64,000 nt of DNA. It comes from Methanobacteriota archaeon (GTDB lineage Archaea; Thermoplasmatota; Poseidoniia; Poseidoniales; Poseidoniaceae). The notes beneath the pieces were generated by a model. The model did not search any database, had not been told where the DNA came from, and was given only the letters and a program-made list of their open reading frames with translations. The stretch is taken from assembly GCA_018650165.1 (NCBI GenBank), contig JABIGM010000050.1, forward strand, positions 32,001 to 96,000, given 5' to 3'. The position numbers and the translations under genes are program-made. Of the stretch, positions 17,214 to 26,188 are shown piece after piece; position 1 is the stretch's first letter; each line of letters opens with the position of its first letter.

Positions 17214-18536
17214 TCAGAATCCTCTTGCACCTGCTAGTGCGGTAGATAGAAGCATATCTGGCTCCCAATCCATGATGTTGACTCCCAAACTGCTCAGTTC
17301 GCTAATCAGTACATCTCTTTCGGTTTTCAGAACTTCATAACCAGTACGGTCGAGTCTCTTAGCATCGAATTCAAATTCGAGGCTTGAAGGTGAAAGTACA
17401 GTAACATCGAAATTACGAGCTCTGAAATCACGTAGTGCACTAATAATCGTAGGATCATCTTCTAAATTTGAAAGTACGATAATTGGACTTCCCTTATTGA
17501 TATGCGGTAATATTCGGTTAACTACCACTTGAAGTGGTACGTTTCCACGAGCCATTGCGCCTGCTAATTTAGTTAGTATGACGTACAATTGTTTCTTACC
17601 AGTGTCACGGTCTACACTTACAACTTCATCACCGTAGGTGATAAGTCCAACCGAATCTCGTCGACCAAGGAAAAACTTAGCAAGACTAGCGGCCGCCCTT
17701 GTCGAGTAAACCAATGCATTTCGTGAAACAGGACCTGTTTCGGAAACTGCACGTGAATCCACAATCAGAATGATATCACTGACTGCATCTCTCTCACGCT
17801 CATTGACCATTAATTTACCACTACGGGCATATGCAGACCAGTTAATCGCTCGGAATGAATCTCCTTCGAAATACTCACGGAGTGAGTAAAACTCGGAACC
17901 AGGTCCTGGTTGACGGATATTTACCGCACCTGTGAAAATTTTCGGAACACGTGATTTGACGAATGTATCTTTCAATTCTTCCATCTTCGGGAACACAAGG
18001 AAGTCGTTGTAGACATGCAGCTCTTTTTCCTTGTGGAATAACCCGAATGGGTCTTGAACACGGACAGCAACCGGGCCAAGGCTGTAGAATCCTCTCAAGG
18101 GGCATTCGACTGTGTATTCGATGAAGGTTTCACGGCGTGGACCAAGTTCCATTAAGATGTAATTTGCACCATCTTTGATGCGCATTACTTCAGGTACTCG
18201 GTCACGTACTTCCAGAATCTTTCCTAGTGCAGAGTGATTTTGCATACGCAAAGTCACTCCAACTTCACCATCTTCGAAAATTCGGGCACTAGAGAGTTTG
18301 CGCATTGCAGAGACATTAGAAAGAGCAACTCCTTCTTCACCTGTCCATTCATCAGCACGACGACCACTTGCAGATACATCTGCGTGGCTGCCGAATAATG
18401 CGGCCCATGTAAGGAATACAAAGATTACCACAGCAATGGTAACCAGTTGAGAATTCCTCAAGGTTAGACCTAGCAAATACATTGCTACTGCCAGGGATCC
18501 CAGCATTGCACTCTTACGACTCCACATGCTACGCAC
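17214..18536 (-). CDS. DUF58 family protein (vWA-like partner of MoxR)
   Basis: N-terminal TMs; RGFYSLGPV, DPFGL, GSEFYSLREYFEGDSFRAINWSAYAR, ILIVDSRAVS. Confidence 0.9.
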   Translation of the reverse strand: MRSMWSRKSAMLGSLAVAMYLLGLTLRNSQLVTIAVVIFVFLTWAALFGSHADVSASGRRADEWTGEEGVALSNVSAMRKLSSARIFEDGEVGVTLRMQNHSALGKILEVRDRVPEVMRIKDGANYILMELGPRRETFIEYTVECPLRGFYSLGPVAVRVQDPFGLFHKEKELHVYNDFLVFPKMEELKDTFVKSRVPKIFTGAVNIRQPGPGSEFYSLREYFEGDSFRAINWSAYARSGKLMVNERERDAVSDIILIVDSRAVSETGPVSRNALVYSTRAAASLAKFFLGRRDSVGLITYGDEVVSVDRDTGKKQLYVILTKLAGAMARGNVPLQVVVNRILPHINKGSPIIVLSNLEDDPTIISALRDFRARNFDVTVLSPSSLEFEFDAKRLDRTGYEVLKTERDVLISELSSLGVNIMDWEPDMLLSTALAGARGF

Positions 18537-18563
18537 TCTCTCTATTTCCGATCATTAATTTAA

Positions 18564-19739
18564 TCAAACGGTTGGTACAGGTACTTCGCGTAAGATTGCT
18601 TGGATAACTTCACCAGGTTCTAGACCTTTGATCTGGTGTTCAGGCTTCAAGATAATTCTGTGTGCTAGAGCTAATTCTGCAACGGTCTTAATGTCATCAG
18701 GAGTGATGAAATCGCGACCACGTAGAGCTGCTGCTGCGCGTGAAGTCTTCAGGAGAGCCTGAGAACCACGAGGTGAAGCGCCGACTAGAACACGAGGATC
18801 TTCACGGGTTCTTGTTACAACTTCAACCATGTACATGCGTAGAGCTGGGTCGACATAAATGTCTTCACATGCTTGTTGCATAGCGATAACACGCTGTGGG
18901 TCTGTGATAACATCGACATCGACGGCATCCTTTCCACGTTCAATACGACGGCGCAGAATTTCATCTTCATCTGCACGATCTGGGTAACCTACGCTCATCT
19001 TGAACAGGAAACGGTCAAGTTGTGCTTCAGGTAGTGGGTATGTTCCTTCTTGTTCGACAGGGTTTTGTGTTGCCATAACAATAAATGGCGCTGGGAGTTT
19101 GTGAGTGACTGTACCGATAGTCACCTGCTTCTCTTGCATAGCCTCAAGCAAAGCAGCTTGAGTCTTTGGAGGAGCACGGTTAATCTCGTCAGCTAGTAGC
19201 AGGTTACAAAATAGTGGACCTGGTTTGAAGGTAAATTCTCCCTTCTTAGCATCGTAGATGTTTGTACCGGTAATGTCTGCTGGTAGCAAATCCGGAGTAA
19301 ACTGCACACGCTTGAAGTCACAACCTAACGCATCTGCGAAAGTATTGGTCATCAAAGTCTTAGCAAGTCCTGGATAATCTTCGAACAGTAGGTTACCGTT
19401 TGATAGAATATTGATCAGAACGTTGTCAATAACGTGTGCCTTACCGATAATTACCTTCTGGACTTCGGCGCTAATCGCTGACGATATCGCTCCGACGGCC
19501 TGAAGACGTTCACGGACCTCTGGGCTACTCTGGTGTTTAGGCTGTGCCTGTGCCGGGGCTGGTGCTGCGGGTGCAGGTGCTGCAGGGGCTGGGGCCGGTG
19601 CTGCTACTGGCATAGGTGCCGGTGCTGCAGGTGCAGGCGCTGGTGGCGCTGCTGGGGCCGGGGCCGGTGCTGGCGGTGCTGCTGGTGCAGGTGGTGCCGG
19701 CGCAGGGGGGGCTGCGGGTGGTGGTGGTGCTGGCTGCAT
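18564..19739 (-). CDS. moxR: MoxR-family AAA+ ATPase with Pro/Ala-rich N-terminal extension
   Basis: LLFEDYPGLAKT (Walker A), RVQFTPDLLPADITG, LLADEINRAPPKTQAALLEAMQE, ATQNPVEQEGTYPLPEAQLDRF, GASPRG. Confidence 0.95.
   Translation of the reverse strand: MQPAPPPPAAPPAPAPPAPAAPPAPAPAPAAPPAPAPAAPAPMPVAAPAPAPAAPAPAAPAPAQAQPKHQSSPEVRERLQAVGAISSAISAEVQKVIIGKAHVIDNVLINILSNGNLLFEDYPGLAKTLMTNTFADALGCDFKRVQFTPDLLPADITGTNIYDAKKGEFTFKPGPLFCNLLLADEINRAPPKTQAALLEAMQEKQVTIGTVTHKLPAPFIVMATQNPVEQEGTYPLPEAQLDRFLFKMSVGYPDRADEDEILRRRIERGKDAVDVDVITDPQRVIAMQQACEDIYVDPALRMYMVEVVTRTREDPRVLVGASPRGSQALLKTSRAAAALRGRDFITPDDIKTVAELALAHRIILKPEHQIKGLEPGEVIQAILREVPVPTV
19551..19739 (-). repeat. GC-rich low-complexity tract encoding an about 60-aa Pro/Ala (PAAPAP) segment
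   Basis: Translation MQPAPPPPAAPPAPAPPAPAAPPAPAPAPAAPP...; a local GC spike against the AT-rich background. Confidence 0.9.
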
Positions 19740-19759
19740 GTCTTTTTTACCTCCTTAGG

Positions 19760-21340
19760 TTATTTCCCCCAAAGTCGAATTTGCTGCAAAATTTGCCTCA
19801 GTTCTTCGTTGGAGTATGAACGCTGTTGTGAATACAACAACTCAATCAGGCGTGGGTCCTTTACCATGGACTGGATTTCACCTGGTGTTTTCCTGGCCAT
19901 TTCATCACGGGTCAGGTCGCTAACTTGGCGCACTTTGGCCATCATGGCCTCCCGCACGCGGGTAAGATATAGATTCGGATCTACTTTGTTTGGTCTTTCC
20001 CTGAATCTCGTAAGGTCGAATACATGGCGCCAATTTTCTTTCTCTGGAACCACCATAATTGCAATAGATAGCAAAGCCATCAGATTCAGTACAATCAACC
20101 ACTTCAACAAGGTATCACTTGTTAACATTACAATTGCACCCATCGCCTCTGTGAATGGAGATGAAATCGCTGAAGTTATGTGGCGTGATTCATCGAATAC
20201 AATGTAGAAGTTTTTATTTTCACGAGTTATTGTCAACGAAATTTCGTCATTCTCGTGCTCCATCATATCCCTGATTAGTGTGACAAAATAATCTTTATTG
20301 CCTTTCCAATCAGTTTCGCTCCCATCTTGGGAAGAAAGTAATGATTCCCAGCATGACCTTCCGTCATAGTGGATTGAATCACATTGTTGCTTACCAGTAA
20401 CTTCTGCATCTGCAATATCCCAAAGATGGTTAGCAAATACGGAGTGGTCGGAAATGAATACAATACTTCCAGTTACATCGACTTCTCCTTCTCGAATACC
20501 CTTGACTTGGTCAATAGTTTCGATTCCAGGATAATCCATACGTACAATTAGCCCGGTGTTATTACCTCCGAGAATCGGATTGTCTTTGTCGTTTGCGTCC
20601 ATGTTTTCTCTAGCTATGAAAGCAGAGCCTGAAGCATGAGCCAGTACCTTCACATTACGTGAACTATCTTCATTATCTAGAACCTGAATCGCAGTAGGCC
20701 TGTGGAAGAGAATCGGTAGCGCACAATCATCGAATTCACCTGCGTTTGAAAGGTTAGAATCGCTGCAGTACGGTCGCCTCTCATACTGGTCTTCCCATAC
20801 TTTGTTTACTCCAGCAACTGCCCATAACTTTCGTGCATCTGGCGCCTCTTGTACACCAGTTTGGCTAGCTACCTCGTAGTATCTGTTTGGATCGACGACT
20901 GGGGCATCAAAAAATTTCACATCGAACTTATCTGCAACTGTTTGAGCATTGGTAGAGTTTGATGCGATTATGACCTTGCCACCGTTCTGAGTGACGAAAT
21001 CATAAATTGCATCAGCTTCAGAATTATCAAATGGTTTCTCAGGTGCTGCAATGATTAGCATTGTGCGGTGAGGTTCCCTCCAATCATTCACCAACATTGG
21101 AGTAGACATTGTATTTGCAATAACATAATCCAGTCCGTCATCACCAAGATCTCCTCTCATGGTAGATATCTGCTGATACTGAAGATTAGTATCCTCACTA
21201 TCTGTAACATAAGCAGAATACACGGTCTCCTTACCAGAAGCTGTTACAATGATGACAGTTGTTGAAAGTAGCATGGCTGCGACGAAGCCAACTAGTAACC
21301 AAGTTTCTAACTTGACCCCTGTTGTCTCTTCATCAGCCAT
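19760..21340 (-). CDS. DUF4350-like membrane protein (first gene of the MoxR cluster)
   Basis: N-terminal TM; MLIIAAPEKPFDNSEADAIYDFVTQNGGKVIIAS, GSIVFISDHSVFANHLW, YIVFDESRH; second TM near the C-terminus; GAGGTG SD. Confidence 0.7.
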   Translation of the reverse strand: MADEETTGVKLETWLLVGFVAAMLLSTTVIIVTASGKETVYSAYVTDSEDTNLQYQQISTMRGDLGDDGLDYVIANTMSTPMLVNDWREPHRTMLIIAAPEKPFDNSEADAIYDFVTQNGGKVIIASNSTNAQTVADKFDVKFFDAPVVDPNRYYEVASQTGVQEAPDARKLWAVAGVNKVWEDQYERRPYCSDSNLSNAGEFDDCALPILFHRPTAIQVLDNEDSSRNVKVLAHASGSAFIARENMDANDKDNPILGGNNTGLIVRMDYPGIETIDQVKGIREGEVDVTGSIVFISDHSVFANHLWDIADAEVTGKQQCDSIHYDGRSCWESLLSSQDGSETDWKGNKDYFVTLIRDMMEHENDEISLTITRENKNFYIVFDESRHITSAISSPFTEAMGAIVMLTSDTLLKWLIVLNLMALLSIAIMVVPEKENWRHVFDLTRFRERPNKVDPNLYLTRVREAMMAKVRQVSDLTRDEMARKTPGEIQSMVKDPRLIELLYSQQRSYSNEELRQILQQIRLWGK

Positions 21341-21421
21341 TTAGTGTCACCTCGAATTCGGCTACGAGCAAACGCAACATCTTTCGCAACTTCGGACCAT
21401 TCATATAGATTCTCGTGGCTT

Positions 21422-21481
21422 GCTCAATAATAATATTGGAATATCATTCCCGATGAAGCGGTATCATTCCCTATTTGAGCA
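21422..21481. repeat. Intergenic element: TGCTCAA/TTGAGCA inverted ends enclosing two TATCATTCCC direct repeats
   Basis: Direct repeats at 21442-21451 and 21462-21471 (20-bp period); 7-bp terminal inverted repeat. Confidence 0.6.
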
Positions 21482-21494
21482 CAAATAACGCCGA

Positions 21495-22421
21495 TTAACG
21501 ACGAATTGTGGCAGCAAACATTACCGTTAAAATACAAATAAAGGCTGAAATTGCAGGAAGTGAATTTTCTTTAACTTCAAAATCAGAAGAGTCCGTACTA
21601 TCATTTCCTTCATCTTCTTCTTTGACCAAAACGTCTGGCGCATCAACATTAAATTCCAATTCACCCTCATACGAGATGCCGTTTCCTTCACTGGTAATAG
21701 TTACAATAAATTTGCAGGTTTTATCTGGGTGGCTAGAAGGAGCAAGTAATTTGACTGTACCTGCTTTGCTAACAGATATCGCTTCGCCTGTGTTCAAGGC
21801 TGTTATTTGTTCAAAGTTCATCTGAGGGCAACCTTTGAACGAAAGCCCTATTTTCGTTAAAGCATCGTCTACATTACCAATATTTAGTACACGGATTGTT
21901 ACTTCTTCATGGGTACCAGATTTTATTTCAGGCCCTTTACCATTAACCACTGGTTCAAATTCAATTTCAAATCCAAAGACTGATGAAAATTGAACTTGCT
22001 TTTCTATTTCTTTTTCACCAATACTCTGATCTCCAAAGAGAAGGGTCGCTTTCAAAGTAACAATATCGTAATGAGACTGCCTCGCATCTATCAATTCGCC
22101 ATTACTATTCAATCCACTTCCTGAGATCATTAATTCAAATGTCTCATTCGAGTTTGCCGAAACCGATACTTTCCCAGGGTCATCGACAATGAATAAATCA
22201 TTGGTCTCTATTTCAAAATCAAGGTCTGCAGGCACAGGCCGAGAATTGTCCACCCAGAATTTGATAACTAATTCAAAATTATAATTTGAATCTAATTCCA
22301 TAATCATAGGTTCTTTATCGCTATCCCATCCAATTTCCCAATCAGGGACACCTACATCTTGGGCACTTACAACAGGGCTGAGTATTGCCAATAGCAAAAT
22401 AGATGAGATGATTTTCTTCAT
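21495..22421 (-). CDS. Exported beta-sandwich protein with C-terminal TM sorting-like signal
   Basis: Signal peptide MKKIISSILLLAILSPVVSA after a GAGGAGTGA SD; CARDB-like VTIRVLNIGNVDD; C-terminus ENSLPAISAFICILTVMFAATIRR. Confidence 0.75.
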   Translation of the reverse strand: MKKIISSILLLAILSPVVSAQDVGVPDWEIGWDSDKEPMIMELDSNYNFELVIKFWVDNSRPVPADLDFEIETNDLFIVDDPGKVSVSANSNETFELMISGSGLNSNGELIDARQSHYDIVTLKATLLFGDQSIGEKEIEKQVQFSSVFGFEIEFEPVVNGKGPEIKSGTHEEVTIRVLNIGNVDDALTKIGLSFKGCPQMNFEQITALNTGEAISVSKAGTVKLLAPSSHPDKTCKFIVTITSEGNGISYEGELEFNVDAPDVLVKEEDEGNDSTDSSDFEVKENSLPAISAFICILTVMFAATIRR

Positions 22422-22425
22422 TTTA

Positions 22426-23370
22426 TCACTCCTCACATGCTCTTTTGACAAGTATTTTGATCATATTTCTTCGATACCTTGGCGGTAAAGCAGTATTGTT
22501 AACCGGTTTCGTTGAATCGTAGATTGCATTACAAATTGCTTTAACATCGCCATTAGAGATTGCTACTTCCTCATCATGTCTGCGAGGAATACTTTCCAAA
22601 GCAGTTGTTGCAACTCTTAGTGTACTTCTGTCACCCTTCTTCCATGCGGCTGCTGCGCCAGCTTCTGGAAAATCCCATGACTCTCTAACTCGTAACTTGC
22701 GATAGGCTCCAATCCAGTCCTCTACATCATCGGGTAGAGTTACTTTCAGCATAAATTCACCAGGCTGCAGAATATTTCGCGTCATTCCATCTAGTTGATA
22801 GAACTCATTTACCAATACATTTCGAGGGCCATTTGGGCCAATCAGATGTGCTGTAGCATTCAAAACCATCAACGTTGGAGCGATATCTCCTTGGTAAGTA
22901 GCGACACACAACTCATTTTGGTTAGGAATCACTCGGCAATCAGAGCCTGTTCCACAATCACACTTGTGGCACCAATCAATACTACTTCGCCACTCTTCTG
23001 TTTGATTATACCAGAAACATCGAGTATCCAAGCAAAGATTTCCGCCAAGAGTGGCGTTTCTTCGAATTAGCGAGGAAGCCACTTTACTAGCGGCTTCCGC
23101 TACAAGTGGGTGAGCATTGCCACCTTCTGCGAGGTCATGTAATCGTGCCATACAGCCTATTTCGGTCAGAGAAATAGAATCGATTCCTGCGATTTTTGCG
23201 AGTGAAATCACATGAGGTTTAGTATTAATGTGCCATTTGTAATTTGGAATTAAATCGGTGCCTCCTGCGACCCAATCAAATTCTTCACCTGCTTCTAACA
23301 GTCCAGCGGCTATTACACAGGCATCTTCCACAGATTGAGGATGGTGTAATTCAAACGGTGGCATCAGCAT
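22426..23370 (-). CDS. hcrB: Mo-hydroxylase FAD subunit with [4Fe-4S] insert, 4-hydroxybenzoyl-CoA reductase beta-like
   Basis: FELHHPQSVEDA, VAGGTDLIP, RRNATLGGNLCLDTRCFWYNQTEEWR...C...C...C, YQGDIAPTL, AYRKLRVRESWDFP, YRRNMI. Confidence 0.8.
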   Translation of the reverse strand: MLMPPFELHHPQSVEDACVIAAGLLEAGEEFDWVAGGTDLIPNYKWHINTKPHVISLAKIAGIDSISLTEIGCMARLHDLAEGGNAHPLVAEAASKVASSLIRRNATLGGNLCLDTRCFWYNQTEEWRSSIDWCHKCDCGTGSDCRVIPNQNELCVATYQGDIAPTLMVLNATAHLIGPNGPRNVLVNEFYQLDGMTRNILQPGEFMLKVTLPDDVEDWIGAYRKLRVRESWDFPEAGAAAAWKKGDRSTLRVATTALESIPRRHDEEVAISNGDVKAICNAIYDSTKPVNNTALPPRYRRNMIKILVKRACEE

Positions 23371-26171
23371 TACTTACCATCCTCCATTTTTCTTTGCTCG
23401 ATTTTAGTCCAAGCACTACCTGCAAGGCCAAGCCCCTCTAATTGTTCAGAGGTAGGCCTCACTGCGATTTTCCAATCTCCATCTTGGTCCTCGGGGGGAA
23501 CGGTTGGGTCAAATCCAAATAATACTCCATTGATGTAAGGGTCGGTATCTTCTGAACGCTGACGGCGACTATCTCTTCCTCCGTGTTGTGAAGAACGCTG
23601 AACAATTTTTTGCTGTAACTCAGAGAAATCTAAACGTGGCGTAGGTAGGTCTTGGGCCTCAGCAATGTCTTCTCTCTTCATTTTCTTTGCAATTGCTGCC
23701 CAAACCTTGTCTGGTGTCAAAGGTAAATCATTGATTCTGATTCCAATTGCATCGTAAACTGCATTTACCACTGCAGGGAGAATTGGTAGAAGTGGGCCTT
23801 CTCCTGCTTCTTTAGCCCCGAATGGCCCTTCTGGGTCACATGATTCAATTATTATTGGAGTTACATTTGGCATTTCGTGAACACTTGGGATCTTGTAATC
23901 AAGTAAATTTGGATTCTGTAGATGACCGGTTCTCCCATACACCATTTGTTCTGAAAGCACCTGACCCAGACCCATATGGCAAGAACCGATGATTTGCCCT
24001 TCTACTGCGAGTGGATTCAGTGCTTTACCACAATCATGAGCGGCCCAAACATCTGTACATTTGATGAGTCCTGTTTCAACATCAACATCAACTTCGGCAA
24101 CATAGGCTGAAAACGAATATGCAGGAGCAAGGCCCGCTGCTGCACCTTTGTGAACTCCTCCCATCGGCGGTGTTCTGTACGCACCACTAGCAATTAGCGC
24201 ACCTTTGTCCTCTTGTGATTTATGCAATGCCTCGAGATAAGAAACTCCAATCGCGGGGTCTCTTTTACTGTAAATTCTCCTGTCGTTCAGTATCAAATAT
24301 TCCGCCGGCATATCCAATATGCCACTCGCCGCATCCACCAATTGCTCACGAATTTCGAGTGCTGCACTGATGGCAGCATTCGCATTCATGAATGTGACTC
24401 GAGATGAATATGAGCCTAAATCAACTGGACTAGTATCGCTTTCATGGGAGCGAACATGTATCATTTCCAATGGGAGTGCTAACACTTCTGCAACCACTTG
24501 GGCTATAGCAGTAGTAGACCCTTGTCCAATATCTGCAGCACCGGTATGAACTGTAACGCCTCCATCCATATCAATCTGGATATGTACGGTCGCATGAGGG
24601 AATTTATTTGGATCCCAATGAATAGGAAGTCCAGACCCTGATATGAAGAAACCACATCCGATTCCGATTCCCTTTCCTAAAGGTAATTTCCTGAACTTAG
24701 AATCCCACTGGCTACCTTCGCGCACTCGCTCTAATGCTTGCCGCATACCATTCGATGTAATTCTGAATCCAGTAATTGTTTTTGAATGTGGAGGTAATAA
24801 ATTTGCTAACCGTAAATCGATAGGATCTACTTGTAATTTTTCAGCCAAATCATCCATACCTACTTCGATTGCACATCTAGTGTTCACAGCACCATGGCCG
24901 CGCATTGCTCCACTAGCCGGTTTGTTTGTCCAAACACGAGCACCGGTATAATGGAAGGAACCTAACTCGTATGGAGCGGTTGCTAAAACACCATTGTAGT
25001 AAGAAGTGACGTGGCCAAAAGACGCAAATCCGCCTCCGTCAATCAAAGCATCAATCTCAAATCCGGAAATTCTCGCATCCTCATCTGCAAACATTTGTAC
25101 TTCGATGTGAGAGGGATGGCGTCCACGATTTACCCAAAAGACCTCTTCTCTGTCAAAAGTAATTCTAACTGGGCGCCCCGCTTTTCTGGCTAAAATCGCC
25201 GCACACATTTCATGCGGGAAAGGATCTGACTTTCCACCAAATCCACCGCCAACAAATGTTCGTATCACGTTGACCTGGTGCATTGGGACATCTAGAACAG
25301 TCGCTAGAGCTCTGTGTGCATAGTGCGGTACTTGCTGGGGGGTGTACAGTTGTAGACGCCCGTTTGAATCCCAATGAGCAACAACAGCATGGGGTTCGGT
25401 GAAGCCATGATTGACACCCATGAATTTCCATTTGCCATGGTGTGTTGCTCTGGCTTGTTCTAATTTGGAACGGTCACCAAACTCTTGGAAAACTCTTTTT
25501 TGAACATTGGTGGAGCCAATGTGATATTGCCCGCGCCAATGGATTGGATCATCAACGTCCAATAATCCCTTTTTGGGGTCATGAACCGCATCTAGAACTT
25601 CATATTCCACTTCGATTAATGCCGCCGCTTCACGAGCAGTTGGTTCGTCAATTGCAGCAACACAAGCCACAAGGTCCCCTACATGCCTGACTTTTTCAAC
25701 AGCCATTGCGTGTTCATCTTTTGTCACCGGTAGTACACCAAAGCGCTGCGGTGCATCAGCACCTGTAGACACCGCTAAAACGCCCGGTAGTGCTTCGGCT
25801 TTGGAAGTATCAATACTCTTAACCTTAGCATAATGATGAGGTGAACGAACAATTCTTCCAATTATTTCATTTGGCAATCGCACATCATCACCATACCATG
25901 CCTGGCCCGTAACTTTGGCATTACCATCAACTAAAGGAGTTCTTTTTCCAACAGATGTTCCAGTCCTGTATTTATCATGAAGATGTTGACCTGCCGGCTG
26001 TGATTCATTTCCGCCTTCAACTTCTGGGATGAAATCCATGTCTCTATCGGCCATTTCGGGCCTTGAACCACCTGAACCGGGAGGATTAAATTTAATTTTA
26101 CCTGCAACACGCTTTCCATCAACACGAACATCAGTGTTGCTTCCAGGTTGTTGAACATAGCCATCAGTCAT
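23370..26171 (-). CDS. hcrA: Mo-hydroxylase molybdopterin subunit, 4-hydroxybenzoyl-CoA reductase alpha-like, with N- and C-terminal extensions
   Basis: VGKRTPLVDGNAKVTG, QQVPHY, FVGGGFGGK, GAMRGHG, HATVHIQIDMDGGVTVHTGAADIGQGS, GSYSSRVTFM, DCGKALNPLAVEGQ, GPFGAKEAGEG; GAGGTG SD. Confidence 0.78.
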   Translation of the reverse strand: MTDGYVQQPGSNTDVRVDGKRVAGKIKFNPPGSGGSRPEMADRDMDFIPEVEGGNESQPAGQHLHDKYRTGTSVGKRTPLVDGNAKVTGQAWYGDDVRLPNEIIGRIVRSPHHYAKVKSIDTSKAEALPGVLAVSTGADAPQRFGVLPVTKDEHAMAVEKVRHVGDLVACVAAIDEPTAREAAALIEVEYEVLDAVHDPKKGLLDVDDPIHWRGQYHIGSTNVQKRVFQEFGDRSKLEQARATHHGKWKFMGVNHGFTEPHAVVAHWDSNGRLQLYTPQQVPHYAHRALATVLDVPMHQVNVIRTFVGGGFGGKSDPFPHEMCAAILARKAGRPVRITFDREEVFWVNRGRHPSHIEVQMFADEDARISGFEIDALIDGGGFASFGHVTSYYNGVLATAPYELGSFHYTGARVWTNKPASGAMRGHGAVNTRCAIEVGMDDLAEKLQVDPIDLRLANLLPPHSKTITGFRITSNGMRQALERVREGSQWDSKFRKLPLGKGIGIGCGFFISGSGLPIHWDPNKFPHATVHIQIDMDGGVTVHTGAADIGQGSTTAIAQVVAEVLALPLEMIHVRSHESDTSPVDLGSYSSRVTFMNANAAISAALEIREQLVDAASGILDMPAEYLILNDRRIYSKRDPAIGVSYLEALHKSQEDKGALIASGAYRTPPMGGVHKGAAAGLAPAYSFSAYVAEVDVDVETGLIKCTDVWAAHDCGKALNPLAVEGQIIGSCHMGLGQVLSEQMVYGRTGHLQNPNLLDYKIPSVHEMPNVTPIIIESCDPEGPFGAKEAGEGPLLPILPAVVNAVYDAIGIRINDLPLTPDKVWAAIAKKMKREDIAEAQDLPTPRLDFSELQQKIVQRSSQHGGRDSRRQRSEDTDPYINGVLFGFDPTVPPEDQDGDWKIAVRPTSEQLEGLGLAGSAWTKIEQRKMEDGK

Positions 26172-26188
26172 TGTAACACCTCATTTGA

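Noticed and set aside
19533-20207. 224-aa Cys/Trp/Arg-rich plus-strand ORF
   Set aside because: Antisense reading of the Pro/Ala codons of moxR and the end of the DUF4350 gene; no independent coding signal.
23370-26171. Aerobic CO dehydrogenase (CoxL) or xanthine dehydrogenase assignment
   Set aside because: The active-site loop is AMRGHG, not AYxCSFR/AYxGAGR (CoxL) or AFRGFG (XDH); gene order is S-L-M rather than coxMSL; the FAD subunit has an Hcr-type Cys insert.
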